Assembly (NCBI GenBank): GCA_016874675.1
Contig: VGTL01000002.1
Location: 9,021-73,020 of the forward strand
Source: Methanobacteriota archaeon
GTDB lineage: Archaea > Thermoplasmatota > DTKX01 > VGTL01
Length of the DNA: 64,000 nucleotides
Direction of reading: 5' to 3'
The notes beneath the pieces are model-generated. The model was not told where the DNA came from. It worked only from the letters and a program-made list of their open reading frames with translations, and made no database searches. Each line of letters begins with the position of its first letter. Position 1 is the first letter of the stretch. Below, piece after piece: positions 38,749 through 47,475 of this stretch. Position numbers and translations under genes: made by a program.

Positions 38749-40548
38749 TCAGGCGAACAGTCTCACGACATAGTGCCACGCAAAAGCGCCGAGGAACGCG
38801 CCCATCAGGCTCAACACGACCGATGTCCGCAGGATCGCGACCGTCGAGTTGATGGCCGTCGTGAGGCGCGCGGTGTTCCCGTGCCCGAACACGCGCAACT
38901 GCACCTTTCCGGAGCCGACACCCACCTCGACATCCTCCAGATCGGCTATCGCCCTCTCCACCGTCTCCTTGGCCTTCTGCGCCAGCGACTCCCGCGAGTA
39001 CTTGGCCCCGACCGGGTTGTAGCCTCCCATCGTGGCGTGCACGACGTGGTTGTCGGTGGTGAAGACCTCCGCCTCGTCCACCATCCCCTTGACGGCGTCG
39101 AGCACGAGCTCCCGGAGGCCCTTCACCATGTTGTTCCCGTCGAAGAGGATGTAGGCGGCCTTCCTCCCCTCCGATTCCAGCACGGCCACCTGGATTCCCT
39201 GCTCGCCCAGTCCGTCCCTCTCCTTGTGGAAGCCGCCGGTCGATGCGAACCCGGCGCGCAAGGTGCTGGCAGGCTTCGTCGTTGCGGAGGCGGCCTCCTC
39301 CGTGACGCGCAGGAGCTCCTCCGCTTCCGGGCTCCCGGAGTGCACCGCCCCGCCGCCGCGCTCCAGGCAGTTGTGCGCGTCGATGAAGAGCGGGTGGACG
39401 AAGCCGTGCCTGCGGAAGGCGTGCGAGACGAGATGGCCCACGGCGTGGTCGACGTCGTCCGTCGGGTCCGGGGCCGAGGTGTGCATCGCGAGCACCGATT
39501 TCCCCAGCGGCTGGACGCAGAGCGCCACCCTCTCGCCCCTGAAGCGCCGGAAGGCCCCGGCCCCACTAGCATATTCGAGCCCCTCGAGGACCGACCTGGC
39601 CGTGGCGGCCAGTTTCGCGACCTCCGTGTCGGAGGCCGGGTTCTGGTCGTGCGTCGCCGGGCCGTGGAAGACCATCAGGTTGTCGAAAGCAAGCGGCTTT
39701 TTGAGCTTCGCCGGGAGATCGCTCCCGCCAAGCGTCCCGAACGGGCCCGGATGCACTGACGGGACTACCCAGAGGCCCTTGAGCTTCCCGCCGGCGCGGA
39801 AGCCCACCACACCGAGCTCGGCCCTGAACGGCACCGAGAAGGTGGAGAAGAAGCGCTCCATCCCGTCCTTTCCGGCGTCCCCTCCCTCGGTCCAGTGGGC
39901 CAGCATGTTGCGCACGAGCTCCATGCCGCTCGCGCCGAAGTTTCGCTTCAAGGGCGATTCGGCCATCTTCCTGAAGGCGGAGGCGGAGAGCAGGAATATC
40001 GCGAAGAAGCCGGCGACAAGCAGAAGCTCCCTCGCCCCGAAGGGCGGGAGCAGGAAGGCCACCGACAATGCTCCGAGGACAGGCATGCCGAGGGAAACGG
40101 GCAGGCTGCGGCCGTGGCTCGTGTTCGACGTCGTCAAGAGCACGAGGTGCCAGAGCCAGAGTATCAACGCCCAGGAGAAGAGCAGGATGTCGGACAGGCG
40201 TCCGGCAAAGTGGGGTCCGATGACCAGGCGCCACGCCAGGACCATCGGAAAGAGGACCATGAGCGATATCAGCGCGAGGAGGGTGCTCCGGCGCAGATAG
40301 ATGGTCCCGCCCAGCCCCCGGGCCAGCGGGACGGCGACAAGCGCGCCGATGGCCGCCGGGACGAAGAACAATCCGATCGTCTGCACAATCCAGATCTGGA
40401 ACGGGTACGATGGCACGGCGACCGCGCCCAGGACGAGCGACAGCACGAAGAGCACCGGGAAGGTCTTCCACGGCCTGGGCGAGGTGAAGACATAATCGGC
40501 CACGCGCGTGGCCTGCACGACGCCCTGTTCGGTCGTCGGGGCGGGCAA
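38749..40548 (-). CDS. integral membrane protein with N-terminal multi-TM region and C-terminal soluble domain (DUF2070-like)
   Basis: 599 aa. ~8 predicted hydrophobic helices in the first 230 aa, then a mixed alpha/beta soluble region. Family assignment is tentative. Confidence 0.55.
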   Translation of the reverse strand: MPAPTTEQGVVQATRVADYVFTSPRPWKTFPVLFVLSLVLGAVAVPSYPFQIWIVQTIGLFFVPAAIGALVAVPLARGLGGTIYLRRSTLLALISLMVLFPMVLAWRLVIGPHFAGRLSDILLFSWALILWLWHLVLLTTSNTSHGRSLPVSLGMPVLGALSVAFLLPPFGARELLLVAGFFAIFLLSASAFRKMAESPLKRNFGASGMELVRNMLAHWTEGGDAGKDGMERFFSTFSVPFRAELGVVGFRAGGKLKGLWVVPSVHPGPFGTLGGSDLPAKLKKPLAFDNLMVFHGPATHDQNPASDTEVAKLAATARSVLEGLEYASGAGAFRRFRGERVALCVQPLGKSVLAMHTSAPDPTDDVDHAVGHLVSHAFRRHGFVHPLFIDAHNCLERGGGAVHSGSPEAEELLRVTEEAASATTKPASTLRAGFASTGGFHKERDGLGEQGIQVAVLESEGRKAAYILFDGNNMVKGLRELVLDAVKGMVDEAEVFTTDNHVVHATMGGYNPVGAKYSRESLAQKAKETVERAIADLEDVEVGVGSGKVQLRVFGHGNTARLTTAINSTVAILRTSVVLSLMGAFLGAFAWHYVVRLFA

Positions 40549-40552
40549 CGGC

Positions 40553-41302
40553 TCACCCCTTCCTCACCGCGGCCACTATCCTGGAGAGCAGGTCGCCCCG
40601 GCCCTGGTTGAACTCGGCCACGGTGCCGGTCACGACAATGTCGGCCCCGGCCCGGACGACCGCGCGCGCCGATTCGGGCGAGGTCACGCCACCGCCCACT
40701 ATCACCGGTATCCCGACGCTGCGCTTGACCGCACGGACCGTCCCGGCCGGAAGGGGCTCGGGCGCCCCCGAGCCCGATTCGAGGTACACGCAGGCCATGC
40801 CGAAGAGCTCGGCGGCGATGGCGTACTCGACGGCAAGCCGGATGTCGTCGCGCCCCACGAGCTCGGCGTGCCCCACCTCCCCCACGCGCATGCCCGGCTC
40901 GAAGACGATGTAGCCCATCGATATGGGCTCGAGCCTGAACCGTTTCACGTAGGGCGCCCCCCGGCGCTGCTCCTCTATCAGGAAGCGCCGGTCCCGGGAG
41001 TTGAGAAGGCTCATGAAGAACAGGGCGTGGGCGTGCCTCGACAGGCAGGCGGCCCCGGCCGGGAAGAGGATCGTCGGGAGGGGGCAGCTCTTCCGTATCT
41101 GCAGGACGGTGGCGTCCGTGATGCGCGGGTCCACCCCGGTGGAGCCGCCGATCATGATGCCGTCGCTCCCGGCGCGGAAGAACGCCCCGGCGAGCTCCCC
41201 GGCCCGCTCGGGGCCCTGCTTATCGGGGTCGACGAGCCCCAGGTGGGCCGGCCTCCTTCCTATCGTCGCGGTCAGCGTCCTCCAGACCTCGCCACGCTTC
41301 AT
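40553..41302 (-). CDS. geranylgeranylglyceryl phosphate synthase (GGGPS, PcrB family)
   Basis: TIM-barrel PcrB/GGGPS motifs (GIMIGGSTGV...; GIPVIVGGGVTSPESARAVVRAGADIVVTGT). Start ATG 41302 (MKRGEVW); the ORF track extension is upstream low-complexity. Confidence 0.8.
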   Translation of the reverse strand: MKRGEVWRTLTATIGRRPAHLGLVDPDKQGPERAGELAGAFFRAGSDGIMIGGSTGVDPRITDATVLQIRKSCPLPTILFPAGAACLSRHAHALFFMSLLNSRDRRFLIEEQRRGAPYVKRFRLEPISMGYIVFEPGMRVGEVGHAELVGRDDIRLAVEYAIAAELFGMACVYLESGSGAPEPLPAGTVRAVKRSVGIPVIVGGGVTSPESARAVVRAGADIVVTGTVAEFNQGRGDLLSRIVAAVRKG

Positions 41303-42171
41303 CGTTGCACCGTCAGGGCCCCCAGCAGGAAGGCCGAGAGGGCCAGGAGCATCGCGAGCTTGGCCGCCCGCTGCGCCCCGCCGGGGTTCCGGAATAGAAC
41401 CCAAACAGAATATATAAACATTGCATCCGCCGCAAGCACCGCCGGGAAATACCACTCGGCCCGGAACGCCCCGAGGGGGAACACCGGCAGGGGGGAAAGG
41501 GCCACCGCCAGGAGGATCCAGGCCGCCGCCGTCCGCCCCGCTATCAGCGGGCCCACGAGGCGCGGCAGCGTCCGGCGGTCGGTGTCCCCCGCCATGTCCT
41601 CGATGCCCTTGATTATCTCGCGCCCCATTGACGCCAGGAAGGCCAGCAGGGCGAGCACCAGCACCGGGGCCGGGAAGGGCTCCGGCCCCGGGAAGGGGGC
41701 CGCGGCCGCGCCGCCGAACACGAAGAGGGAGGCGGTCAGCCAGCTGACGGTCAGGTTCCCCAGGAGGCCCCGGGCCTTGAGCTCCATCTCGTAGCCGGCG
41801 AGGAGCAGGCTGTTGAGCGCCGCTATCCCCAGCGTCAGCCAGTTGAGCCGGGGGTGGCCGATGAACAGGGCAAGCAGCATGCCCGCGGCGAACAGCGCCA
41901 CGGAGAAACGGCGGGCCCCCTCCGGGCTGATCCGGCGGGAGGGTATGGGCCTTCCGGGATGGTTCACCCGGTCGGTGAACCGGTCGTAGTAGTCGTTGAG
42001 GGCGTTCCCGGCGCCGGTGTAGAGGAACGCCACGAGCATCGCCGCCCCGACGGCCCAGAGCCCGCCCGAGGAGAGCAGGGGGAGCCCGGCCCCCACCAGC
42101 GCCCCGGCGGCGACGGCCACCCCGGACATGACGGAGTTCCCCGGCCGCAGGAGCTCGGTACGCGGTCCCAT
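41299..42171 (-). CDS. UbiA-family prenyltransferase, likely digeranylgeranylglyceryl phosphate synthase (DGGGPS)
   Basis: Multi-TM protein with the UbiA Asp-rich motif NALNDYYDRFTDRVNHPGRP and second motif. 4-nt overlap with the GGGPS start, i.e. a lipid-synthesis operon. Confidence 0.75.
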   Translation of the reverse strand: MGPRTELLRPGNSVMSGVAVAAGALVGAGLPLLSSGGLWAVGAAMLVAFLYTGAGNALNDYYDRFTDRVNHPGRPIPSRRISPEGARRFSVALFAAGMLLALFIGHPRLNWLTLGIAALNSLLLAGYEMELKARGLLGNLTVSWLTASLFVFGGAAAAPFPGPEPFPAPVLVLALLAFLASMGREIIKGIEDMAGDTDRRTLPRLVGPLIAGRTAAAWILLAVALSPLPVFPLGAFRAEWYFPAVLAADAMFIYSVWVLFRNPGGAQRAAKLAMLLALSAFLLGALTVQR

Positions 42172-42192
42172 CGGGTGGTGATGGGGCTCGCG

Positions 42193-42236
42193 TTTAAAAT
42201 TCTTAACACTGCCCCCGAGGCCAAAGGATTATATAA
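42193..42236 (+). promoter_or_regulatory. divergent promoter island: tttaaaa (42193..42199, for minus-strand DGGGPS operon) and ttatataa (42229..42236, for RHH gene)
   Basis: Two TATA-like elements in an AT-rich island, each 20-30 nt from the respective start or putative TSS. Confidence 0.35.
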
Positions 42237-42315
42237 GAGGATGGATATATCTGTCGGACAAGCGGAGGACAAAAGAGGCCTATTCGACCTCCACTATCCC
42301 CCCGGAAGGACACCG

Positions 42316-42552
42316 ATGCCGAACCGGACCGAAAAGATCACAATACGGCTCCCCTCGAGGTTCGTCGAGGCCCTCGACCTCCTGGTCGGGGTCGACGACT
42401 TCCCGTCCCGCTCGGAGGCCATCCGGACGGCGGTCCGGGACCTGGTGTACCTGCGCGCCGGGCTGGTCATGAAGAAGGCCAAGAAGCTGGGACGGCTCCA
42501 GAGGGACGTTACCAGGCTCAGGGACGTCGAGCTCAAGTACCTGGGCAAATGA
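42316..42552 (+). CDS. ribbon-helix-helix (CopG/NikR-N-like) DNA-binding protein
   Basis: EKITIRLPSRFVEALDLLVGVDDFPSRSEAIRTAVRDLV is the RHH beta-strand + two helices pattern. Start ATG 42316 with RBS ggaagga. Alternative upstream ATG 42241 would lie within the promoter. Confidence 0.7.
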   Translation: MPNRTEKITIRLPSRFVEALDLLVGVDDFPSRSEAIRTAVRDLVYLRAGLVMKKAKKLGRLQRDVTRLRDVELKYLGK

Positions 42553-42570
42553 CCCGTTCACGATCGCTCC

Positions 42571-42590
42571 TTTCCCCTTTTTTTTTGATT
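42571..42590 (+). terminator. oligo-T terminator (T9) after RHH gene
   Basis: cctttcccctttttttttgatttc. The longest T-run in the window. Archaeal intrinsic terminators are oligo-T tracts. Confidence 0.6.
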
Positions 42591-42595
42591 TCGCC

Positions 42596-42611
42596 GAGAG
42601 TGGACACTCTC
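42596..42611 (+). promoter_or_regulatory. perfect palindrome GAGAGTG-GA-CACTCTC (candidate RHH operator) 25-40 nt upstream of khtT-like gene
   Basis: 7-bp inverted repeat between the T-tract and the RBS gaggagg (42622..42628) of the 42636 ORF. Confidence 0.4.
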
Positions 42612-42635
42612 TTGCTGAGCTGAGGAGGCGCAAGG

Positions 42636-43121
42636 ATGGCCGACATAACCGAAAACGAGCTGCCGGGAATCGGCAAGAGGTTCTCGCTGGACACCGTCGA
42701 GGGCGGGACCGTCACTGTCATCGCCCACCTTTCGGGCAGGCGCGACGTCTACTACTCGACCGGCGAGGACCGGAGCCCGACCTTCTTCACCCTCACGGAC
42801 GAGGAGGCCAGGAGGCTGAGCGCCGTGCTCGGCGACACGTTCTACAAGCCCGCCCCGATGGAGATGCTGCGCTCGGCCCTTTCGGCGAGCGGCGGCATCG
42901 AGCTCCTGCATATCGCCGAGGGCTCGCCGGTCGTGGGGCGCACCCTGAGGGAGCTGGACGTGCGCCGCAAGACGGGGGCGACGGTGGTGGGGATAAAGCG
43001 GGGCGAGGACACCCTGACCAACCCGCCGGCCTCGGCGACGCTCCAGAGGAACGACTACCTGATAGTGATGGGCGGGTCGGCGCAGCTGCGCAGGCTCGAC
43101 AGGATGATCCGGGGGACCTGA
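42636..43121 (+). CDS. TrkA-C domain regulatory protein (KhtT/YhaT-like antiporter ancillary subunit)
   Basis: C-terminal TrkA-C/RCK_C pattern (GSPVVGRTLRELDVRRKTGATVVGIKRGEDTLTNPPASATLQRNDYLIVMG). 13 nt upstream of a CPA2 transporter gene. Confidence 0.6.
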   Translation: MADITENELPGIGKRFSLDTVEGGTVTVIAHLSGRRDVYYSTGEDRSPTFFTLTDEEARRLSAVLGDTFYKPAPMEMLRSALSASGGIELLHIAEGSPVVGRTLRELDVRRKTGATVVGIKRGEDTLTNPPASATLQRNDYLIVMGGSAQLRRLDRMIRGT

Positions 43122-43134
43122 GGAGAGCGGAAGC

Positions 43135-44997
43135 GTGGCCTCCTTCTTCCTCGACATCGGGATAATCATCTTCCTGGCCTTCCTGGGGGCGTTCCTGGCG
43201 GGCCGGGCGCGCCTGTCCGCCATAGTGGGCTACATCATCGTGGGCATCCTCATCGGGCCGTCGATGAACCTCAACCTCTTCGGCATGGAGTACCGCGGGC
43301 TGGTAACCAACACCGACTTCATTACGCAGATGTCCCGCCTGGGGCTCATGTTCCTGCTTTTCTTCACGGGGCTGGGGTTCTCCACCTCGGCGCTCAAGAC
43401 CACCTGGAAGCCGGCCATCCTGCTTGCGGTCTCCGACGTCCTGCTCAACCTCTACGTCGGCTTCATCATAGGCTCGCTCTTCGGCTGGCCCCTGCCAGAC
43501 ACCCTCTTTTTGGCGGCGATAATCGGGATGACCTCGGTGGCGGTGGCCGCCAAGTCGGCCCTAGAGGGCAAGCAGCTCTACCGCAAGGAGTACAGCTACC
43601 TTTTCAGCACGATGATAGTCGAGGACTTCATCTCGATAGTGCTGCTCACCTTCGCCAGCGCGTTCGTGCTGGGCAACACCCTGCGGCCCGAGCAGCTGGT
43701 CAACATGGGCTTCGGCGTGGTCATAATATACTCCTTCTTCTTCGTCCTGGCGCTCTACATCGCGCCCAAGGCGTTCCACTACTTCGAGAGGATACAGGGC
43801 AACGAGCTCTTCGTGCTCTTCGCCCTGAGCGTTGTCTTCCTTTCGTCCGCGTTCGCCGACTTCCTGGGCATACCTCCGGCCATCGGCGCATTCCTCGTGG
43901 GCATGGCCTTCGCCGAGACCGCCCTCAAGGAGAAGCTCGAGCGGCAGATGCTCTCTATGAAGGACGCCTTCGTGGCCATCTTCTTCGTGACGTTCGGGAT
44001 GCTCGTCGACCCGGGAAGGATAGGGGACGTCCTCCCCATGGTGGCGCTGGCGGTGCCCCTGGTCATAATGAACGAGGTCTTCATACTGGGCGCGCTGGCC
44101 TACATCGTCGGATTCACGCGCCGGGCCGCGGTCTCCATCGGCGCCGGCTTCCTGGGGCGGGGCGAGGACGCCGTGCTGTTCGCCTCGGTGGGCTCGGGGC
44201 TTCAGGACCCCGCCACCGGGAAGCCCATACTGAGCCGCGCCGGGGATATCAGCCCGTTCACCGGGGTCTTCTGCTTCGTGATGAGCATCCTGACGCCTTT
44301 CATGATGAGGCTCTCCATAAGGCTCGCGGACCTCATCGGCAGGGTGCTGCCGGATTCGGTCAAGTTCGGAGGGAGCCTGCTCTCCCGTGTGCTGCGCGCC
44401 ACGATGATGGTGTCCGGTTTCTCGCCCACCGGCTCCGAGAAGCGGCTGCTCCTTGCGATGCTGGCCTACGGGGCCTCCATCTGCGTCACCCTGGTGACCC
44501 CGGGGATGCTGCACATCGTGTCGGCCTCCCTGAGCCTGGTGCTGCTGCTCCTGGTGTGGCGGGGGCTCCACCGCTTCTTCGGGCCGCGGGCGGGGGCCGT
44601 GGACCTCCAGGACCAAGACATCCTCAGGCCGGACCAGGCCGCGGTGGGGCGCTTCGCCACCCTTGTCTCGGTGTCCCTGCTCGCCATGCTTTTCGTGACG
44701 GCAGCCTTCTGGAGGTACAGCTGGCAGGCGGCGCTCCTTGTCAATATCGGTCTGCTGGCCGGCGTGTTGCTGTCGATGAGGCTGGTATATCGCCACCTAA
44801 AGGTCCGGGCCCCGCCCATGAGCAAGGAGCACATCCTGCCGACCGGCAGGCCCCAGCCGCGGCGCGAGCCGCTGGGCTTCGAGCCGCGCAAGGATAGGCG
44901 GAAGGTGAGGCGGCCCATGAGGCCGCGACCGGTGCCCCGGGAGTACCGGCCGGTGCCCAGGGAACTGCTTCTGCCCCGCTCCGGGCCCAGGCGCTAG
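43135..44997 (+). CDS. monovalent cation:proton antiporter-2 (CPA2/Kef-type) family transporter with long C-terminal region
   Basis: 12-13 TM Na_H_Exchanger-like region (LGLMFLLFFTGLGFS; GAFLVGMAFAETAL). GTG start. ~190 extra C-terminal residues with additional hydrophobic segments. Confidence 0.75.
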   Translation: MASFFLDIGIIIFLAFLGAFLAGRARLSAIVGYIIVGILIGPSMNLNLFGMEYRGLVTNTDFITQMSRLGLMFLLFFTGLGFSTSALKTTWKPAILLAVSDVLLNLYVGFIIGSLFGWPLPDTLFLAAIIGMTSVAVAAKSALEGKQLYRKEYSYLFSTMIVEDFISIVLLTFASAFVLGNTLRPEQLVNMGFGVVIIYSFFFVLALYIAPKAFHYFERIQGNELFVLFALSVVFLSSAFADFLGIPPAIGAFLVGMAFAETALKEKLERQMLSMKDAFVAIFFVTFGMLVDPGRIGDVLPMVALAVPLVIMNEVFILGALAYIVGFTRRAAVSIGAGFLGRGEDAVLFASVGSGLQDPATGKPILSRAGDISPFTGVFCFVMSILTPFMMRLSIRLADLIGRVLPDSVKFGGSLLSRVLRATMMVSGFSPTGSEKRLLLAMLAYGASICVTLVTPGMLHIVSASLSLVLLLLVWRGLHRFFGPRAGAVDLQDQDILRPDQAAVGRFATLVSVSLLAMLFVTAAFWRYSWQAALLVNIGLLAGVLLSMRLVYRHLKVRAPPMSKEHILPTGRPQPRREPLGFEPRKDRRKVRRPMRPRPVPREYRPVPRELLLPRSGPRR

Positions 44998-45980
44998 TAC
45001 TCGTCGTGGATCTCGTCCATGTCCGCCACGGGCTCGATGAAGCAGTCCAGCACCGTCGGGATTTCGCGCTTTATGCGCTTTTCGACGTTCTGGAGCAGGT
45101 CGTCGAGCCGCTCCAGCCTAAGCTCGGGATCGAACTCCACCAGGAGGTGGACTATTATCCGGTTGGAGCCCATGAACATGGTCTTGATGCTCAGGACGTC
45201 CTTGATTCCGGGCGCCGCCCGGGCTATGTCGGCGATCTTGCGCTCCGTGCCCTCGTCGGCCGCGGCACCGATGAGCTTCTCCCGGTTCTCCATCGCCAGG
45301 ATTACGGCCAGCACGCCCAGGACGACCCCGATGATTATCGAGGCGTAGCCGTCGAGGACGTGGATGTCGGTCTGGTGCACCACGACGAGGAACCCCAGCG
45401 CTATGGCGACCCCGGAGAGCGCCACTGTGTCCTCGACGAAGACGAGCTTGAGGGTCGGGTCGTGGACCTTGCGGAAGGCCTTGAAGGGGTTTTTGGTCTT
45501 GAGGCCGCTCAGCCTGTTGGCATACCTCAGAAGGCCCTGGACTGCGAATGACACCGACACCACCTCCAGGCAGACCGATGCCACCAAGGCCACGATGGCG
45601 ACCTCGATTGTATCCACGCTCTGGTCGTGTGTTATCTGGTCGAACCCGCGGTATATCGAGCTGACCGATATCACCCCCAGCATGAAGACCGCGGCGACGA
45701 ATGCCCAGAAGTAGACCTCCTTGCCGTACCCGAAAGGGTGGGTCCGGTCGGCCGGGCGCGAGGCCAGATAGAGGCCGATGAGGAGAAAGACGCTGTTCAT
45801 CGCGTCGGCCAGGCTGTGGAGGGTTTCCGAGAAAAGGGCCGCGGAACCGGTGATGTGGGTCGAGACCGCCTTGATGATGAACCCGAGGATATTGGCGGCG
45901 AACGCTATCTTGACCGGCCTGCTGCCGAACTGAATCTCAGTGGCCAACCGTCTTCGTCCTCCACCAGGTGGATAGGGCAT
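44994..45980 (-). CDS. cation diffusion facilitator (CDF) family metal efflux transporter
   Basis: Six TM helices with the CDF signature (SAALFSETLHSLADAMNSV; HQTDIHVLDGYASI) and C-terminal cytoplasmic domain. Start ATG 45980. Confidence 0.8.
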   Translation of the reverse strand: MPYPPGGGRRRLATEIQFGSRPVKIAFAANILGFIIKAVSTHITGSAALFSETLHSLADAMNSVFLLIGLYLASRPADRTHPFGYGKEVYFWAFVAAVFMLGVISVSSIYRGFDQITHDQSVDTIEVAIVALVASVCLEVVSVSFAVQGLLRYANRLSGLKTKNPFKAFRKVHDPTLKLVFVEDTVALSGVAIALGFLVVVHQTDIHVLDGYASIIIGVVLGVLAVILAMENREKLIGAAADEGTERKIADIARAAPGIKDVLSIKTMFMGSNRIIVHLLVEFDPELRLERLDDLLQNVEKRIKREIPTVLDCFIEPVADMDEIHDEY

Positions 45981-46022
45981 ATGAATAATTAAACTATGCC
46001 GGAAAATTACTATACGATTCGC

Positions 46023-46153
46023 GAAAGGCAGAAAGGCAGGAAGGCAGCAAGGCAGCAAGGGGGAACGGAACGAACCGTCGTCCCCTTGTTGCCCTGCTGC
46101 CTTTCTGCCTTGCTGCCTCCCTTGCTGCCTTGCTGCCTTTCTCCCTTGCTGCC
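46023..46153 (+). repeat. heptad-array hairpin repeat between CDF gene start and tRNA-Ile
   Basis: gaaaggcagaaaggcaggaaggcagcaaggcagcaaggggg; spacer; ccccttgttgccctgctgcctttctgccttgctgcctcccttgctgccttgctgcctttctcccttgctgcc. Confidence 0.85.
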
Positions 46154-46211
46154 CGATCTTCCCTACTGGAAATATATTAAAATACCCCGGTGTTATTTAG
46201 TGCCCCGCAAC

Positions 46212-46286
46212 GGGCCCATAGCTTAGACTGGCTGGAGCGCCCGGCTGATAACCGGGCGGTCGAGAGTTCAAATCTCTCTGGGCCCA
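46212..46286 (+). tRNA. tRNA-Ile (anticodon GAT)
   Basis: 75-nt cloverleaf: acceptor GGGCCCA/TGGGCCC, anticodon stem CCCGG/CCGGG with loop CTGATAA, T-arm GAGAG-TTCAAAT-CTCTC, discriminator A. Confidence 0.85.
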
Positions 46287-46469
46287 TGCATCCCCGAAGG
46301 GGATGCAGGCGCCTCAGCGCACAGAGATTTCAAGATTTTGATGAAACTTTTAATTGCGAACAAAGGAAGGAATTAAAAGTTTCGTTCAAATCTCTCTGGG
46401 CCCATGCATCCCCGAAGGGGATGCAGGCGCCTCAGCGCACAGAGATTTCAAGATTTTGATGAAACTTTT
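46267..46469 (+). repeat. 85-bp tandem direct repeat (2 copies, 118-bp period) including the last 20 nt of tRNA-Ile; att-site-like
   Basis: Copy 1 at 46267..46351 and copy 2 at 46385..46469 are identical: ttcaaatctctctgggcccatgcatccccgaaggggatgcaggcgcctcagcgcacagagatttcaagattttgatgaaactttt. Each contains the 9-bp-stem hairpin gcatcccc-gaa-ggggatgc. Confidence 0.85.
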
Positions 46470-46623
46470 TGACCGCAAGCCTCGCGCCATGCGCCTCGAA
46501 CCGGGCGCCCGCGCCATCGGCCCGCCCGCGCAAACGACGGCTGCCGCATCGCCCATTCCGGCGTCCGGACCCTGGACCGTCCCGGCAAAAGGTTGATAAT
46601 GTCGGAGCCTGGTCCACATACCC

Positions 46624-47469
46624 GTGTCGGCGCCTTCTGCGGAGAAAACGGTGACCTTCACCTCCATAGCGTGGAAGGGCGCCTACAAGAAGGCGTTCAT
46701 CCTGCTGGCAGTCCTGGCGGTCGCCGGTACGGTCGCCGGGGCCTCGATGGTCCCCATCCGTCCGCCGCAGCGCGCGGGGACCACCGAGCGCGATTATGTC
46801 CCCATCGAGGTGCCGGACCATGCCGAGCCGCCCATGAAGATCCAGATCTCCCACGGCTTCCGGCTCGTCACGGTGCCGTTCTCGGGCTACTTCGCCGTCG
46901 ACGACGGGGTGGAGGAGATCAGCTATAACCTCACAATCGAGGACGGAAACGGCCGCCTGGTCGCGGAGGATTTCTCGCGCCTCCACGCCCCCCAGGAGCA
47001 CGCATTCAGCGGTTCCGCGACCGAGGAAACGGTCGTCGTGACCAGAGAGCACGAGTTCTCGCTTCCGCCCGGCCAGTACATCGTGGAGATCGGGTCCGAC
47101 CACCCGGTGGACTATCGCATCGAGCAGAAGTCGAGGTACTTCGCCCCCGGGGCGCTGCTCCTGGGGCTGGGCATCTCCTCGTTCATCCTCATCGGGGCCC
47201 TGGCGATGATCGTGCTCCGAAAGCGCGATTCGCTGCGTGTGTCACAGGTCGCAGCCGGGCCTGTCTCAGGGCCGGCCGCCCCGCCGACAATGGCCCCTCC
47301 CGCGGCCGCATCCCGGGCGACCGACCCCCGCCGCTCCTCGCTGGAGTACGTGCCGCCCCAGTTCTTTGCCGAGTTCATCTGCACCGCCTGCGGGTGGAGC
47401 ATCCGGAACCCCCCGGTCAAGGGGATCATCGTCTGCGACCGGTGCGGCGAGATGGGGCGCCTCCTCTGA
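46624..47469 (+). CDS. hypothetical membrane-associated protein with C-terminal zinc ribbon
   Basis: N-terminal hydrophobic segment AFILLAVLAVAGTVAG, second TM GALLLGLGISSFILIGALAMIVL, and C-terminal CTACG...CDRCG (CxxC-x17-CxxC). GTG start. Confidence 0.5.
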   Translation: MSAPSAEKTVTFTSIAWKGAYKKAFILLAVLAVAGTVAGASMVPIRPPQRAGTTERDYVPIEVPDHAEPPMKIQISHGFRLVTVPFSGYFAVDDGVEEISYNLTIEDGNGRLVAEDFSRLHAPQEHAFSGSATEETVVVTREHEFSLPPGQYIVEIGSDHPVDYRIEQKSRYFAPGALLLGLGISSFILIGALAMIVLRKRDSLRVSQVAAGPVSGPAAPPTMAPPAAASRATDPRRSSLEYVPPQFFAEFICTACGWSIRNPPVKGIIVCDRCGEMGRLL

Positions 47470-47475
47470 GGGCGG

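Noticed and set aside
42241-42315. Upstream ATG 42241 as start of the RHH protein (MDISVGQAEDKRG...)
   Set aside because: It lies within or upstream of the TATA-like ttatataa box (42229..42236), so it would precede the likely transcription start. The RHH fold starts at the 42316 methionine, which has an RBS.
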